Shown here: piece after piece, positions 47,343 through 56,805 of the stretch
Layout of the letters: every line of letters starts with the position of its first letter
Position numbering within the stretch: the first letter of the stretch is position 1
Origin: an uncultured Verrucomicrobiae bacterium
Lineage (GTDB): Bacteria > Verrucomicrobiota > Verrucomicrobiia > Limisphaerales > Palsa-1400
DNA: 64,000 nt
Direction: 5' to 3'
NCBI GenBank assembly: GCA_963707025.1
Contig: CAVPOM010000004.1
Coordinates: 96,001-160,000, forward strand
Notes under the pieces: generated by a model
What the model saw: only the letters and a program-made list of their open reading frames with translations
Databases searched by the model: none
What the model was told of the DNA's origin: nothing
Position numbers and translations under genes: made by a program

Positions 47343-48792
47343 CACAGCCATCCCACAGGAAATTGGAAAAAAGTGTTGGCTTGACCATTTGAACCTGCCA
47401 CAAGGCAGGCATGAAAAACAAAAAAATCAAACCGACACGGTCCCGGTTTAACGTTTTGCGCCAGATTTGCAATCTCATTCCTGCGCATGAAGTCTCCAAA
47501 ATAGCGCGGGAGACCGGGCTCTGGATAAGTCGCGCACCTTCAGTCCGTGGAGTCACACGGTCAGTTTGCTGGACGCGCAACTCACCCATTGCATCGGACT
47601 CAACGATCTGTGCGACTCGCTGCAATTGCATTCCGGGCCGCTGTCCACTTTGCGCGGCGCCAGCGCCCCCAGCCGCAACGGCCTCTCCCACGCCAACCGG
47701 GAGCGTCCGGCCCAGATGGCCGAACAACTCTTCTGGCGGGTCCTGGAGCATTTGAAAGCACAGACGCCCGGCTTTGCCGCGGGCCAGCGCCGTGGCCCCG
47801 CCTTCCGTTTCAAGATGCCCATCCATGTGATTGATAGCACGACCATGGAACTGGTGGCCAACTGCCTGGACTGGGCCAAGCACCGCCGGCGCAAGGCCGC
47901 CGCCAAAACCCATATGCGGTTGAATCTGCAGAATCTTTTGCCCGGTTTTGTCATTGTGGACACTGCCGCCGAGCACGACAACCGACGGGCGCGGGAACTG
48001 TGCGCCGACTTGAAGAGCGGCGAAATCGCCTTGTTCGACAAGGGTTATGTGGACTTCGGCCACTTGCGGGATTTGGACGGGCGCGGGGTCTTTTGGGTGA
48101 CGCGGGCCAAGGAGAACATGGGCTATGAGGTGGTGCGGAAAATGCCCGCCTCCAGAGACCCGAAGATTTTGCGCGACGAAGTGATCGTCCTGAGCAACGA
48201 GAACAAACCCGCGCCGGAGTTGATGCGCCGGGTGGTGGCGCTGGTCGAGATTGATGGAGAGGAACGGGAAATGACCTTCCTGACCAACAACCTGGAGTGG
48301 AGTCCGCGCAGCGTGGCCGACCTTTACCGCTGCCGCTGGCAGATCGAAGTCTTCTTCAAACAAATCAAGCAGACCTTGCAGTTGGCGGATTTTCTGGGCC
48401 ACAACGCCAACGCCGTGCGCTGGCAGGTGTGGACGGCGCTGTTGACCTACGTGCTGTTGCGCTACCTCAGTCACCTCTCCAACTGGGCGCACAGCTTCAC
48501 CCGGCTGTTCACGATTTTGCGGGCGGCGCTCTGGGAGAAATATGATCTGCTCAATTTGCTGGCGTGCTATGGGACAGCAGGCGGCAGCTTTCGCCACTTG
48601 GCGCGGCCCGAGCAGGCGTATTTCCCCGGCTTCCAATAAAGCTATGGGACAGCACACGCGCCCAAACAGGCGCATACCAAACCCAAAAGCCAAACTCGGA
48701 AAAATCAAAATCTCATTTTACCCCGAAGACCAATTAAACCCTTGCAAATGAACAGGTCAGCACCAGACTTTTCCCCTTATGAGACGGGTGTG
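47343..48792 (+). mobile_element. IS4-family element (1450 bp); transposase 47411-48639 frameshifted near 47520
   Basis: IRs cacagccatcccaca / cacacccgtctcata; 9-bp target duplication AAACAATTG (47334-42, 48793-801); IDSTT, FDKGY, YRCRWQIEVFFK. Confidence 0.93.
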
Positions 48793-49021
48793 AAACAATT
48801 GCATAAGAACTGGCGGTTGATGCCGGCAACCGTCCAGGAGCCCCTATAAAAGGCCGCCCTCTCCGCCTTGGTGGCGAACGCCTTCGGATCAAACAAACGC
48901 CTGCAAGGCCCGTTTACGCTCAAAACTTGGTGTAATTTCAAACCTTGGCGCCGGGAACAACCAGTCCTCACCGCAGTTCTGTAAAACATTATTCACAGAA
49001 CTTTATACACATGAAAAATCC

Positions 49022-49261
49022 ATGAATACAACAAATCACGTCATGACCTTCGCGGCGGACGGTACAGCCCGCTGCCTCTGGACCGAAGCGGTGCCACTTC
49101 ATCAACTTGGCAGGCTGGATGTTCACCGCGCCAGCCAAGTCGAATTCAATACGTCCAAGCAGGTGTGGGAAGCGCGTCTGACATCCAATCCGGGTGCTGT
49201 CGCCTTCGCGCATCCATCAAGGGAAACCTGCCTGCAATGGGAACGGGAGGCGTTGCGATGA
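49022..49261 (+). CDS. Small hypothetical protein of the AAA module
   Basis: CLWTEAVPLHQLGRLDVHRASQVEFN; coupled to the next gene. Confidence 0.7.
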   Translation: MNTTNHVMTFAADGTARCLWTEAVPLHQLGRLDVHRASQVEFNTSKQVWEARLTSNPGAVAFAHPSRETCLQWEREALR

Positions 49262-49551
49262 AATCCATCACCGTTCACCGGCTGTCACTCCAATTTGACG
49301 CCGGCCAAATCACGCACGGCACTCCCGAAGAACAGGCGGCCCAAGCCATTGTGCTAATCAACGCGGTCCTGCAACGAGAACCGTTTGGCCTGGCCGCCCA
49401 ACTCATCGCCACCCGGGATGAGATTAAGGTCGAATCGGCTGCCGAGTCGCCATGCGAAGCCTGCGATGGCGTGGGGTGGCGGCAATTCAATGTCGGCAAC
49501 GATGAATCGCCCCAATACGAAATTCAGCGCTGCGACGCCTGTGAGCGATAG
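49258..49551 (+). CDS. Hypothetical protein with CxxC...CxxC
   Basis: ATGA overlap; CEACDG...RCDAC. Confidence 0.6.
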   Translation: MKSITVHRLSLQFDAGQITHGTPEEQAAQAIVLINAVLQREPFGLAAQLIATRDEIKVESAAESPCEACDGVGWRQFNVGNDESPQYEIQRCDACER

Positions 49552-49633
49552 CACGGCGACCAAGCCGCGAGGGAGGCCGCTGCCAGGGCACCTGAATCCT
49601 CCATAACCACTCAAAGAAAGGAGAACACGAACT

Positions 49634-49870
49634 ATGCAAATGGCGCGAACCACTAGTGAGACCATTCACGGCAATCCCGGAGAGCGACGTATCCTGCCCG
49701 CCAACACCCTGGTCGTAATTGTCCCAGCCATCAATCTCCCGCCGGACAGCCCGATCAAGTATTGGGCCTATCCTGTCGAGGGTCACCCCTGGCCAGCCGA
49801 GACCGAGGCATGGGCGGAGGACGTTGGTGCTGGCCTGGGTGCCGATGATGTGGCCTTGGTCAATAAATGA
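49634..49870 (+). CDS. Small hypothetical protein
   Basis: RBS aaggag upstream; in the operon run. Confidence 0.55.
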   Translation: MQMARTTSETIHGNPGERRILPANTLVVIVPAINLPPDSPIKYWAYPVEGHPWPAETEAWAEDVGAGLGADDVALVNK

Positions 49871-50205
49871 AAGGCAAAAACACTTCAACCACCAACATGA
49901 GCAAGATCATCAGCAAAGTCTGGACCTTTCCATCCGACAGCAATCCCAACGTCAGTTACGAAACCTTGCGGTATGCGGATGGCACAACCTCCTGCAACTG
50001 CGAGGGCTGGACCCGTCGTGTGGCCGCCGATGGCAGCCGCTCGTGCAAACATACACGTTTCGTGGATATGGGCACGGCGGATCAAAGCTGCACGGCCACA
50101 CACAATTACGAAAGTCACCAACCACAACAAAAGGAGCAAATACATCATGCCAAAAATCACATCTGCCAAATCCCCAAACTCGGACATCGCAAAATCTCCG
50201 TCTGA
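49867..50205 (+). CDS. SWIM-like zinc-finger protein
   Basis: SCNCEGW...SCKH (CxC...CxH). Confidence 0.7.
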   Translation: MKGKNTSTTNMSKIISKVWTFPSDSNPNVSYETLRYADGTTSCNCEGWTRRVAADGSRSCKHTRFVDMGTADQSCTATHNYESHQPQQKEQIHHAKNHICQIPKLGHRKISV

Positions 50206-51706
50206 GATGAAGGGAAGAATCATAAACCACATCCGGGCCGGCTACCCGGGGCTTTATCTGGTTTCCCATGAGGAACAGAGGGTCAACCTCGAAATGAAAT
50301 CCATCGCCCGGGAACTCAAATACAACCTGGTTCTCTGGAGCGCGGTGGACGGCCTGGTGGACACCGCAAAGAACACCGCCACCGCCGCCAACGATCCCCT
50401 GGAAGCAGTATTGGCCATCCGGGATATGAAGGAGAAGACGATCATCCTGTTGCGGGATTTTCATTTGTTCCTCCAGGATCCCAACCCCATCCTGATCCGG
50501 CAATTAAAGGACGTGTTGCAGGAGGCCAAGACCAAATTCAAGACCCTGATTATTCTGGGTTGCCGGTTGTGCTTGCCTCCTGAGCTTGAGCGCGAACTGA
50601 CCGTCATCGAAATTGCCCTGCCCGGAAAAGAGGAACTGCGGGTTGTCCTCACCGGCATCATGGAATCGGCCGGCATCAAATCCATGGAGCAGGAAACCAG
50701 GGAGAAGGCGATTGATGCTGCTTCCGGGTTGACCACCATTGAAGCGGAAAATGCATTTGCCCTGTCCGTGGTGGAATCGAAGGGAATAAACCCGGAGATT
50801 GTGGCCAGGGAGAAAGCCCAGGCGGTGAAGAAGAACGGACTCCTGGAACTGGTCGAAGCCAAGGATTCGCTGGAATCCATTGGCGGGCTGGACGTGTTGA
50901 AGGAGTGGTTATTAAAGAGGAGAAATGCCTTCAGCCAAAAAGCCATTGAATACGGCCTGCCAACACCCAAGGGCGTGCTCATTATCGGAATTCCGGGGAC
51001 CGGCAAATCGTTGACGGCCAAAGCCACCGCTAAAGTCTTCGGCGTTCCCCTGCTGAAATTGGACGCCGGCAGGATCTTCGCCGGTCTGGTCGGTCAAAGC
51101 GAATCCAACCTCCGCTCCGTCATCCAAACCGCAGAGGCCATCGCGCCCTGCTGCCTCTGGATTGAGGAATTGGAGAAGGGTTTTGCCGGGAGCAAAAGTT
51201 CAGGATCAACCGATGGCGGCACCTCGGCCCGGGTGTTCGGCAGTTTCATCAGTTGGATGCAGGAAAAGAAAAGTCCTGTCTTCGTGGTGGCTACAGCCAA
51301 TGACGTGTCCCAATTGCCGCCGGAAATGCCGAGGAAGGGGAGGTTCGATGAATTGATGTTCGTGGATCGGCCCAATCAGAATGAACGGGATGCGATCTGC
51401 GGCATTCAGATCCGGAAATATGCACGCAATCCTTCGGACTTTGACCTGGTGCAATTGGCCAGAGTGACGGAGGGGCTGACGGGCAGTGAGATTGAAAGTG
51501 TGTTTGCAGATTCGTTGTACCTGGCTTTTGACAGTGACCGGGAGCCTGGAGATTTGGACGTGGCACATATTCTCACGGAGTTTGTGCCGCTGTCCAAACT
51601 GATGGCGGAGCAAATCACCGGGTTGAGGAACTGGGCGAAGGGGAGGGCGCGGTTGGCCACGTCAACGCAGGAGGTGGGAGGGGGTCCCAGGAGAATTGCC
51701 GCCTGA
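50147..51706 (+). CDS. Ycf46-like AAA+ ATPase
   Basis: HEEQR N-domain, LLRDFH, IGGLDVLKEWL, Walker A GIPGTGKS, RKGRFDE; Walker B reads WIEE. Confidence 0.9.
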   Translation: MPKITSAKSPNSDIAKSPSEMKGRIINHIRAGYPGLYLVSHEEQRVNLEMKSIARELKYNLVLWSAVDGLVDTAKNTATAANDPLEAVLAIRDMKEKTIILLRDFHLFLQDPNPILIRQLKDVLQEAKTKFKTLIILGCRLCLPPELERELTVIEIALPGKEELRVVLTGIMESAGIKSMEQETREKAIDAASGLTTIEAENAFALSVVESKGINPEIVAREKAQAVKKNGLLELVEAKDSLESIGGLDVLKEWLLKRRNAFSQKAIEYGLPTPKGVLIIGIPGTGKSLTAKATAKVFGVPLLKLDAGRIFAGLVGQSESNLRSVIQTAEAIAPCCLWIEELEKGFAGSKSSGSTDGGTSARVFGSFISWMQEKKSPVFVVATANDVSQLPPEMPRKGRFDELMFVDRPNQNERDAICGIQIRKYARNPSDFDLVQLARVTEGLTGSEIESVFADSLYLAFDSDREPGDLDVAHILTEFVPLSKLMAEQITGLRNWAKGRARLATSTQEVGGGPRRIAA

Positions 51707-51719
51707 TGAGGCGGGAAAG

Positions 51720-51749
51720 GAGTCCGCCTTCGGGCGGGCTCTTTTCTTT
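51720..51749 (+). terminator. Rho-independent terminator
   Basis: gagtccgcc-ttcg-ggcgggctc followed by ttttcttt. Confidence 0.85.
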
Positions 51750-51841
51750 AGGTGCGAGGCGAGGGTTACATTGGCGCGGGTTCTACCAATGCTGCCCATA
51801 ATCTTCTTGATAGTCGCAGGCGGCAGTATTATCCTATCCCC

Positions 51842-52201
51842 ATGAGATACGGGATCTTGCTAACGCTGTTGATGCTTGCCGGCTGCGTCCATATCCATCA
51901 ATCCAGCGGCATGGCCCGCAAGGAGCAGATTCAGGCGCATCTCAAGGACCAACTCCACTGCCAATGGCTCGAACTCCACGAGGACGGCGACCAACGCTTT
52001 GCAGGATTCGGAAAAAATGGCTCCGGAGAATTCACGATTGAGGTGACCCGCCAAGGAGACACGCTGACTTTTCGCGGCGTTTATCGTCCCCCAAGCAACG
52101 GTTCATTTAGCGGCACCGCCTCATGGAGCCGGCAAGTGGATTCGACCTTCGGTTTTCACAGGGCCAGCGATTCATTCCAGAATTCCCTGGGCGGTCCGTA
52201 A
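51842..52201 (+). CDS. Hypothetical lipoprotein
   Basis: LAGC lipobox. Confidence 0.65.
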   Translation: MRYGILLTLLMLAGCVHIHQSSGMARKEQIQAHLKDQLHCQWLELHEDGDQRFAGFGKNGSGEFTIEVTRQGDTLTFRGVYRPPSNGSFSGTASWSRQVDSTFGFHRASDSFQNSLGGP

Positions 52202-52403
52202 GCCATTTCTACACATACGAAACCCTGGCCATGAAACAATGGGGAGCCAGGCGGGCTCTTTTTTAGATGTCCGGTGATTTTCATTCCTGCAACTCGTCCA
52301 GAGCCACCAGTCGCCGGCGCACGCTGGTATTGCCACAACGTCCGTATGCGGCTGGGCTTCCACGTGTAGTTTCCAGCCCTCGGTTACGAAATCATAGCAG
52401 GAT

Positions 52404-53722
52404 CACAAGCCTCCGGTCATTAGTCCCACAACATCAACTGGTTATGACTATTGCTAGGATTATTTTGAGATTGGGTTTGTGTAACCAGTTGTGCCAGAGG
52501 GATTTGCTCAAAAACGTTCACGCTCAAAATCTGTAGGATTTGGGACAAGCTCAACTCCAGCCTAAGTTCCTTGCGAACGATAGCCACCAGCACGTAAACG
52601 CAGATGGCGATCCAGACTTGCGTCTTGACCGCGTTGTCCGTCGTGCCGAAAAAGTGTTTGATCCGCAGGTTTTGCTTGATCCACTTGAAGAACAATTCCA
52701 CCTGCCAGCGGCATTTGTAGAGTTGGGCGATAATAAGGGCGGGCAAGTCAAAGTTATTAGTCAAGAATACCAATATCTTCCCGTCCTTCGGATCTCTATA
52801 ACTGACCCGGCGCAAGCGGTCCGGGTAATGCGCCACGCTTTGGGGCAGACTCAGCCACACGATGTGGTCGCTGCGCACGCCCGTGCTTTTGTCCACCGGA
52901 CGGGACTCCAACCGGTTGAGTTGTACGCCGGCTTTGGTGCGGGTGACAAAGAACGCCCCCGCCAGTTCAAAGCCATAGAGCCGTCGAAAATCCACGTAGG
53001 CGCGATCCATCACATAGAAGGCCCCCGGCTCGGGAATCAATTCGTCCAGCACGCGCACGTCGGCCTGTGTTCCCTCGGTAATCGAGATCATCGTCGGAAT
53101 CGGGCCGCGCAAATCCAGCAGCGTGTGGAGCTTGATCGCGGCCTTGGTAGAGCGAAATCGCGCCTAGGGGAACAAGCTCAGGCAAAGATCAATCGTGGTG
53201 GAATCCAAGGCGTAAACGGTTTGCTCCAACTCGACGGCGAGCGGTTCGTTGGCGTAAAGACGGCGGGCGCGCGCGATGAGCCGTTGCGCCAGGTCGGCGT
53301 AGATGCGCCAGTCGCGCGCGCCGTCGGCGTCGGCCAGGGTGCTATGCGCCACGGTCGAACGGAAACCCATCCGATAGAGTTGGTCTGGCCGCGAGCGCAG
53401 GCAGACTTCGATGTCCGCCAAGCTTTCCCGATAAGTGATCTGAGCGAAGGCCATAGCCAGGAACTGATCCCAACATGGGAAGCTACAAACCTTGTAGTTT
53501 CCATCGTAGCGATTGACACAGCGACGAAATTGTTCGGGATGTATCCACTCGGTCAGTTGCGAAAAAATCAATTTTCCAGTGAGCATGGTGCCAGTTTGGC
53601 ATCATGGCTGCTGCGGAGAATGACAAAACAAAGTTCAAATCGCTCACATCATTTTTCATGCGCATGTGGTTCCCATTGCGCATTTTACAACTGGCGACGT
53701 TCTCCGTGACCGGATGACAGTG
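52404..53722 (-). mobile_element. IS4-family element (DUF4372-type transposase 53586-52420) inactivated by a TAG at 53164-53166
   Basis: IRs cacaagcctccggtca / cactgtcatccggtca; LFP*ARFR; MDRAY, YKCRWQVELFFKW; no clear target duplication. Confidence 0.9.
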
Positions 53723-53900
53723 ATGTCCCAACGATGTTGGCTCATTGTCACAGCAAGCGCAACAGTTTCTTCCGCAAGGACAGGTCGCGCCCGCCACGGC
53801 CTTTCAGTTCAAATAACCCAAATTGACTCCTTAGAGCCACCACCAGGCAAAAAAATCTGAATGGTTTTGGCTGTCGTACTCACTTCGGGCCCAACTACCG

Positions 53901-54221
53901 TTACAACGTCCTCTTCCCTTCCGCCCTGGCCCTCGCCCATCTCGCCCGGACCGCCGCTGCAAGTTTGGCCCTGGTTGCTGGACTGCTGCGCCGATCCTTC
54001 TTTTTGGAAACCTTCACCCTAGCCCAACGTGCCCTGGCCCCGGCCGCAATCGCCGCCCTTCCCGCCGCACTCAATCGCCTCTTGCTTTTCTTGGCCGCTT
54101 TTGCCATTGCCGAGCGTATCTTCCGCGCCCGCGCCAGAGCCTTAATGAGTTTACGCTTGTGGGCGGCGGTCATGTGATAATTGCGTTTGGCTGGAGTTGG
54201 CACCTCGGCTGGACTGGACAC
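53901..54221 (-). CDS. Basic Lys/Arg/Ala-rich histone-like protein (likely N-truncated)
   Basis: Repeats LSAAGRAAIAAGARARWA and SSPATRAKLAAAVRARWA. Confidence 0.6.
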   Translation of the reverse strand: MSSPAEVPTPAKRNYHMTAAHKRKLIKALARARKIRSAMAKAAKKSKRRLSAAGRAAIAAGARARWARVKVSKKKDRRSSPATRAKLAAAVRARWARARAEGKRTL

Positions 54222-54235
54222 GGCGACTTCTCCAG

Positions 54236-54687
54236 TATTTGGCCGCGCAATAGAGCGAAATCATCGGCAGACCGACAAGCCCTGCGCGAGAGCTGACGTT
54301 GATAATCAAGCCGCTCTTGTTCCGCCGGAAATGCGGCAACAGCGCCCGCGTGACATCCATCACGCCGAAGACGTTGACATTGAATTGTTCCTGAACCTTT
54401 TCGCGCGAAATCCCCTCGAAGATGCCGAAAAGGCTAAAGCCAGCGTTGTTGATCAAAGCGTCAATCCGGCCGAACCGCCCCATCCCGTCCGCGACGGCCG
54501 CGTCAATGCTCTCTCGATCCTGCACATCCAGTCGTGTGACCAATATGCCAGGCAGGCGGGCCAATTCCGAATCCGCCGCCGGCTGGCGCATGGTGGCAAT
54601 GACGTTCCAGTCGTTACCTGCAAAGACCCTGGCCGCCGCCAGGCCAATACCGGAGGACGCTCCCGTGATCAGAACTGTTTTCTTCAT
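54236..54687 (-). pseudogene. SDR oxidoreductase, C-terminally truncated
   Basis: ITGASSGIG, NNAG; SDR similarity ends at YCAAK. Confidence 0.85.
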
Positions 54688-54760
54688 GCACCCCCATCGT
54701 CTCAAGCTTTCACGCAAAAAGCGAATCGCAGGCGCTGGAGCACGGACCACCAATTTCAAC

Positions 54761-54836
54761 GCTCCCGTAGCTCAATCACCAGAGCGCGACGCTTCGAACG
54801 TCGAAGATGAGGGTGAGAGTCCTTCCGGGAGTGCCA
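54761..54836 (+). tRNA. tRNA-Arg(UCG)
   Basis: Acceptor gctcccg/cgggagt-g-cca; anticodon arm cgacg-cttcgaa-cgtcg; T-loop TGAGAGT. Confidence 0.85.
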
Positions 54837-54842
54837 ATTCAG

Positions 54843-54919
54843 GCCGCGTTAGCCCAACTACCAGAGGCGCCCCGCTTAGGACGGGGAGGTTGGGGGTGGA
54901 AATCCCTCACGCGGCACCA
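54843..54919 (+). tRNA. tRNA-Leu(UAG), short variable region
   Basis: gccgcgt/acgcggc-a-cca; ccccg-cttagga-cgggg; T-loop TGGAAAT. Confidence 0.85.
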
Positions 54920-54923
54920 CTTT

Positions 54924-54997
54924 GCTCCCGTAGCCCAAAGCAGAGGCGACGGGCTTAAACCCCGTGCAGTGTCAGTGCAAATCTGACCGGGAGCACC
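54924..54997 (+). tRNA. tRNA-Leu(UAA), short variable region
   Basis: gctcccg/cgggagc-a-cc; acggg-cttaaac-cccgt; gtcag-tgcaaat-ctgac. CCA incomplete and abuts the next gene. Confidence 0.85.
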
Positions 54998-55073
54998 CGC
55001 GTGTAGCCCAATTAGCAGAGGCGTCCTGCTCAAACCGGGGAGGTTGCAGGTGCAAGTCCTGTCACGCGGACCA
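54997..55073 (+). tRNA. tRNA-Leu(CAA), short variable region
   Basis: ccgcgtg/cacgcgg-a-cca; tcctg-ctcaaac-cgggg; gcagg-tgcaagt-cctgt. Confidence 0.85.
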
Positions 55074-55077
55074 ATTT

Positions 55078-55165
55078 GGAATGTCAACCGGACACGCGAG
55101 CCGGGCCTGTTTGCTAAACAGTGCGTGCCCTCGGGCAAGTGGCGCAAGTCCACGGCATTCCGCCA
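55078..55165 (+). tRNA. tRNA-Ser(GCU) with 8/4 acceptor/T-stem fold
   Basis: ggaatgtc/ggcattcc-g-cca; loop ttgctaa; V-arm tgccc-tc-gggca; gtgg-cgcaagt-ccac. Confidence 0.8.
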
Positions 55166-55173
55166 TTTTCTGC

Positions 55174-55265
55174 GCGCGCGTAGTTCAAAGTCGAACGGTC
55201 CGTCTTATAAACGGAGTCGCACTAGATGAGTGCCCAGGTCCGGAGCTTACCGGACGCGCGCACCA
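55174..55265 (+). tRNA. tRNA-Ile(UAU)-anticodon tRNA with long variable arm
   Basis: gcgcgcg/cgcgcgc-a-cca; tccgt-cttataa-acgga; V-arm gcact-agatg-agtgc; 6-nt T-loop. Confidence 0.75.
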
Positions 55266-55318
55266 TTTCCAATCACCGTGGTGTTCTCCAGCAATACGTC
55301 AGAATCGTCAAAAGCCCC

Positions 55319-56419
55319 TTAATGCTGATCACCAGTGTTCGTCGAACCTGAATCTTGGACGGGCGCAGGAAGTTTTTGAAGGAAGCTCTCAAGATCAGGA
55401 ACAAGCGTGTTCGCACTCTGTTCGTCGAGAAGAACTCGTAAGGTATAACCTCTCGCAGCTTCATCAAGGTAACGTCGCATCTCAGTGTTCGGCTGGTTGA
55501 ACAATTTCAAAGCCCGGCGTAGGACTGGCGCAGCGTTGGCATCCTTAGCGATTAACAAAGCATGTGCGTAATAGAAAATGCCCCAGTAATCCGTGTGGTT
55601 CCATCCACCAGCTCCGAAGTCGTCCAACCACTTTCCCAGACGGTCGCGGACGTCAGGAACGACCGACATATCTCCAACCTGCACCAGACACAGAGCGTCA
55701 TCCGGTTCATGAGATCGTTCATACTCTTTGCGTATTGTGGCTTTCGCCTCGCTGTTATTGATATGGATCAAGTAGTTCAATGCACCCTGCCGGAGGTACC
55801 AATCGCCGCCGCCATCGGCCTCAATATAGTGTTCAGCATCCGGCATCGCCCTTTGATCACCAATTTTGCCGAGTGCTACGAAGACCTCCTCCTTCACGCG
55901 CCATGCAGACCCTTCCCAGGAATACTGGTGTCGGAGGATTCTCAGCAAAACGTCAGCGCTGTCCTTTGCACGAAGGGTCCCAAGAGTTTCAATCTGCGAA
56001 TCGTATTCGATTAAGGTCAGGTCGGTCCACACGGACTCCAAGTCCTTTTGCAATACTGGGGCAGCACGCAAATCTCCCAGTTTCTGCAACGCGCGACAGA
56101 TGGCCTCCTTTGTATTGTGGTTATTCCCGCACGCTGTGTATGCTCGACAAAGGTTTGCCACCCGGTCGCGCTGCTTTTGGGCGAGTACGCCATTTAATGC
56201 GTCAGGTGTGTTGAAAAACCACAGCGTTGGTAGAATTTGAACAAGTTCGTCGTATCCACCGTCTCCAGCCTCAACCAAGGCGGTCACCTTTTCCTTCTCC
56301 CTGGCGATGCGTTGGTGCCGGCGGTGGTTGCTCAACGACTCCAGAGCATCGGGCAGAACTAGAAGCGTCAGCAACGCGACCAAGATGCTCCAAACCCAAA
56401 ATCAACGTGTCAGTTTCAT
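55319..56419 (-). pseudogene. HEAT/PBS-lyase repeat membrane-anchored protein with in-frame TGA at codon 6
   Basis: MKLTR*FWVWSILVALL; ALGKIGDQRAMP and ALQKLGDLRAAP repeats. Could restart at TTG 56383. Confidence 0.65.
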
Positions 56420-56565
56420 GGTGGTCTGTGATAAGAGCGTAACTATTCCAAAGCTGAAATGCACGCGTCATCGCGGAGCCTCGGTCCAAGAAGCCGTTTC
56501 AAATCACTGAACGCGAAACAGCTCCAGCGGCCTCGCGAAGTGCATTTAGCCGGTGAAAGAGCATC

Positions 56566-56637
56566 CGCAGTCGAACCAGCGTTCAGGCAGGCGTCATAAG
56601 CCAGTCGAGCCCAGGGCAGCACTGGGGACTGCGACCA
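56566..56637 (+). tRNA. tRNA with CAU anticodon (Met or Ile2), degenerate D-arm
   Basis: cgcagtc/gactgcg-a-cca; loop gtcataa; cccag-ggcagca-ctggg. Confidence 0.65.
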
Positions 56638-56642
56638 TTTTC

Positions 56643-56714
56643 GCCTCCATGCAGCAACCTGCGGATTTCTTTTGTAAGGAAATCTAGCCGGAGCATCCCC
56701 GGCTGGAGGCTCCA
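56643..56714 (+). tRNA. tRNA-Thr(UGU), reduced D-arm
   Basis: gcctcca/tggaggc-t-cca; tttct-tttgtaa-ggaaa; gccgg-agcatcc-ccggc. Confidence 0.7.
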
Positions 56715-56722
56715 CAGATTTT

Positions 56723-56799
56723 GCTCGCGTAGTCCAACAGCAGAGACACGACGTCGAGAACGTCGCCAGTGTCCCGACTCGTCGGGACCGCGAGCACCA
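56723..56799 (+). tRNA. tRNA-Leu(GAG), short variable region, aberrant T-loop
   Basis: gctcgcg/cgcgagc-a-cca; cgacg-tcgagaa-cgtcg (C33); gtccc-gactcgtc-gggac. Confidence 0.7.
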
Positions 56800-56805
56800 G
56801 TTCTT

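Noticed and set aside
53164..53166. In-frame TAG in IS4 transposase as recoding
   Set aside because: It falls at a conserved Trp position (TGG>TAG); no amber suppressor tRNA or pyl genes in the window.
54453..55500. Short ORFs over the tRNA blocks, and the extended hipB start at 57914
   Set aside because: They overlap cloverleafs or the SDR fragment and are spurious translations.
56402..56404. In-frame TGA in HEAT gene as selenocysteine or opal suppression
   Set aside because: It lies in a signal/TM region, no SECIS was recognised, there is no UCA tRNA in the array, and TGA ends many normal genes here.
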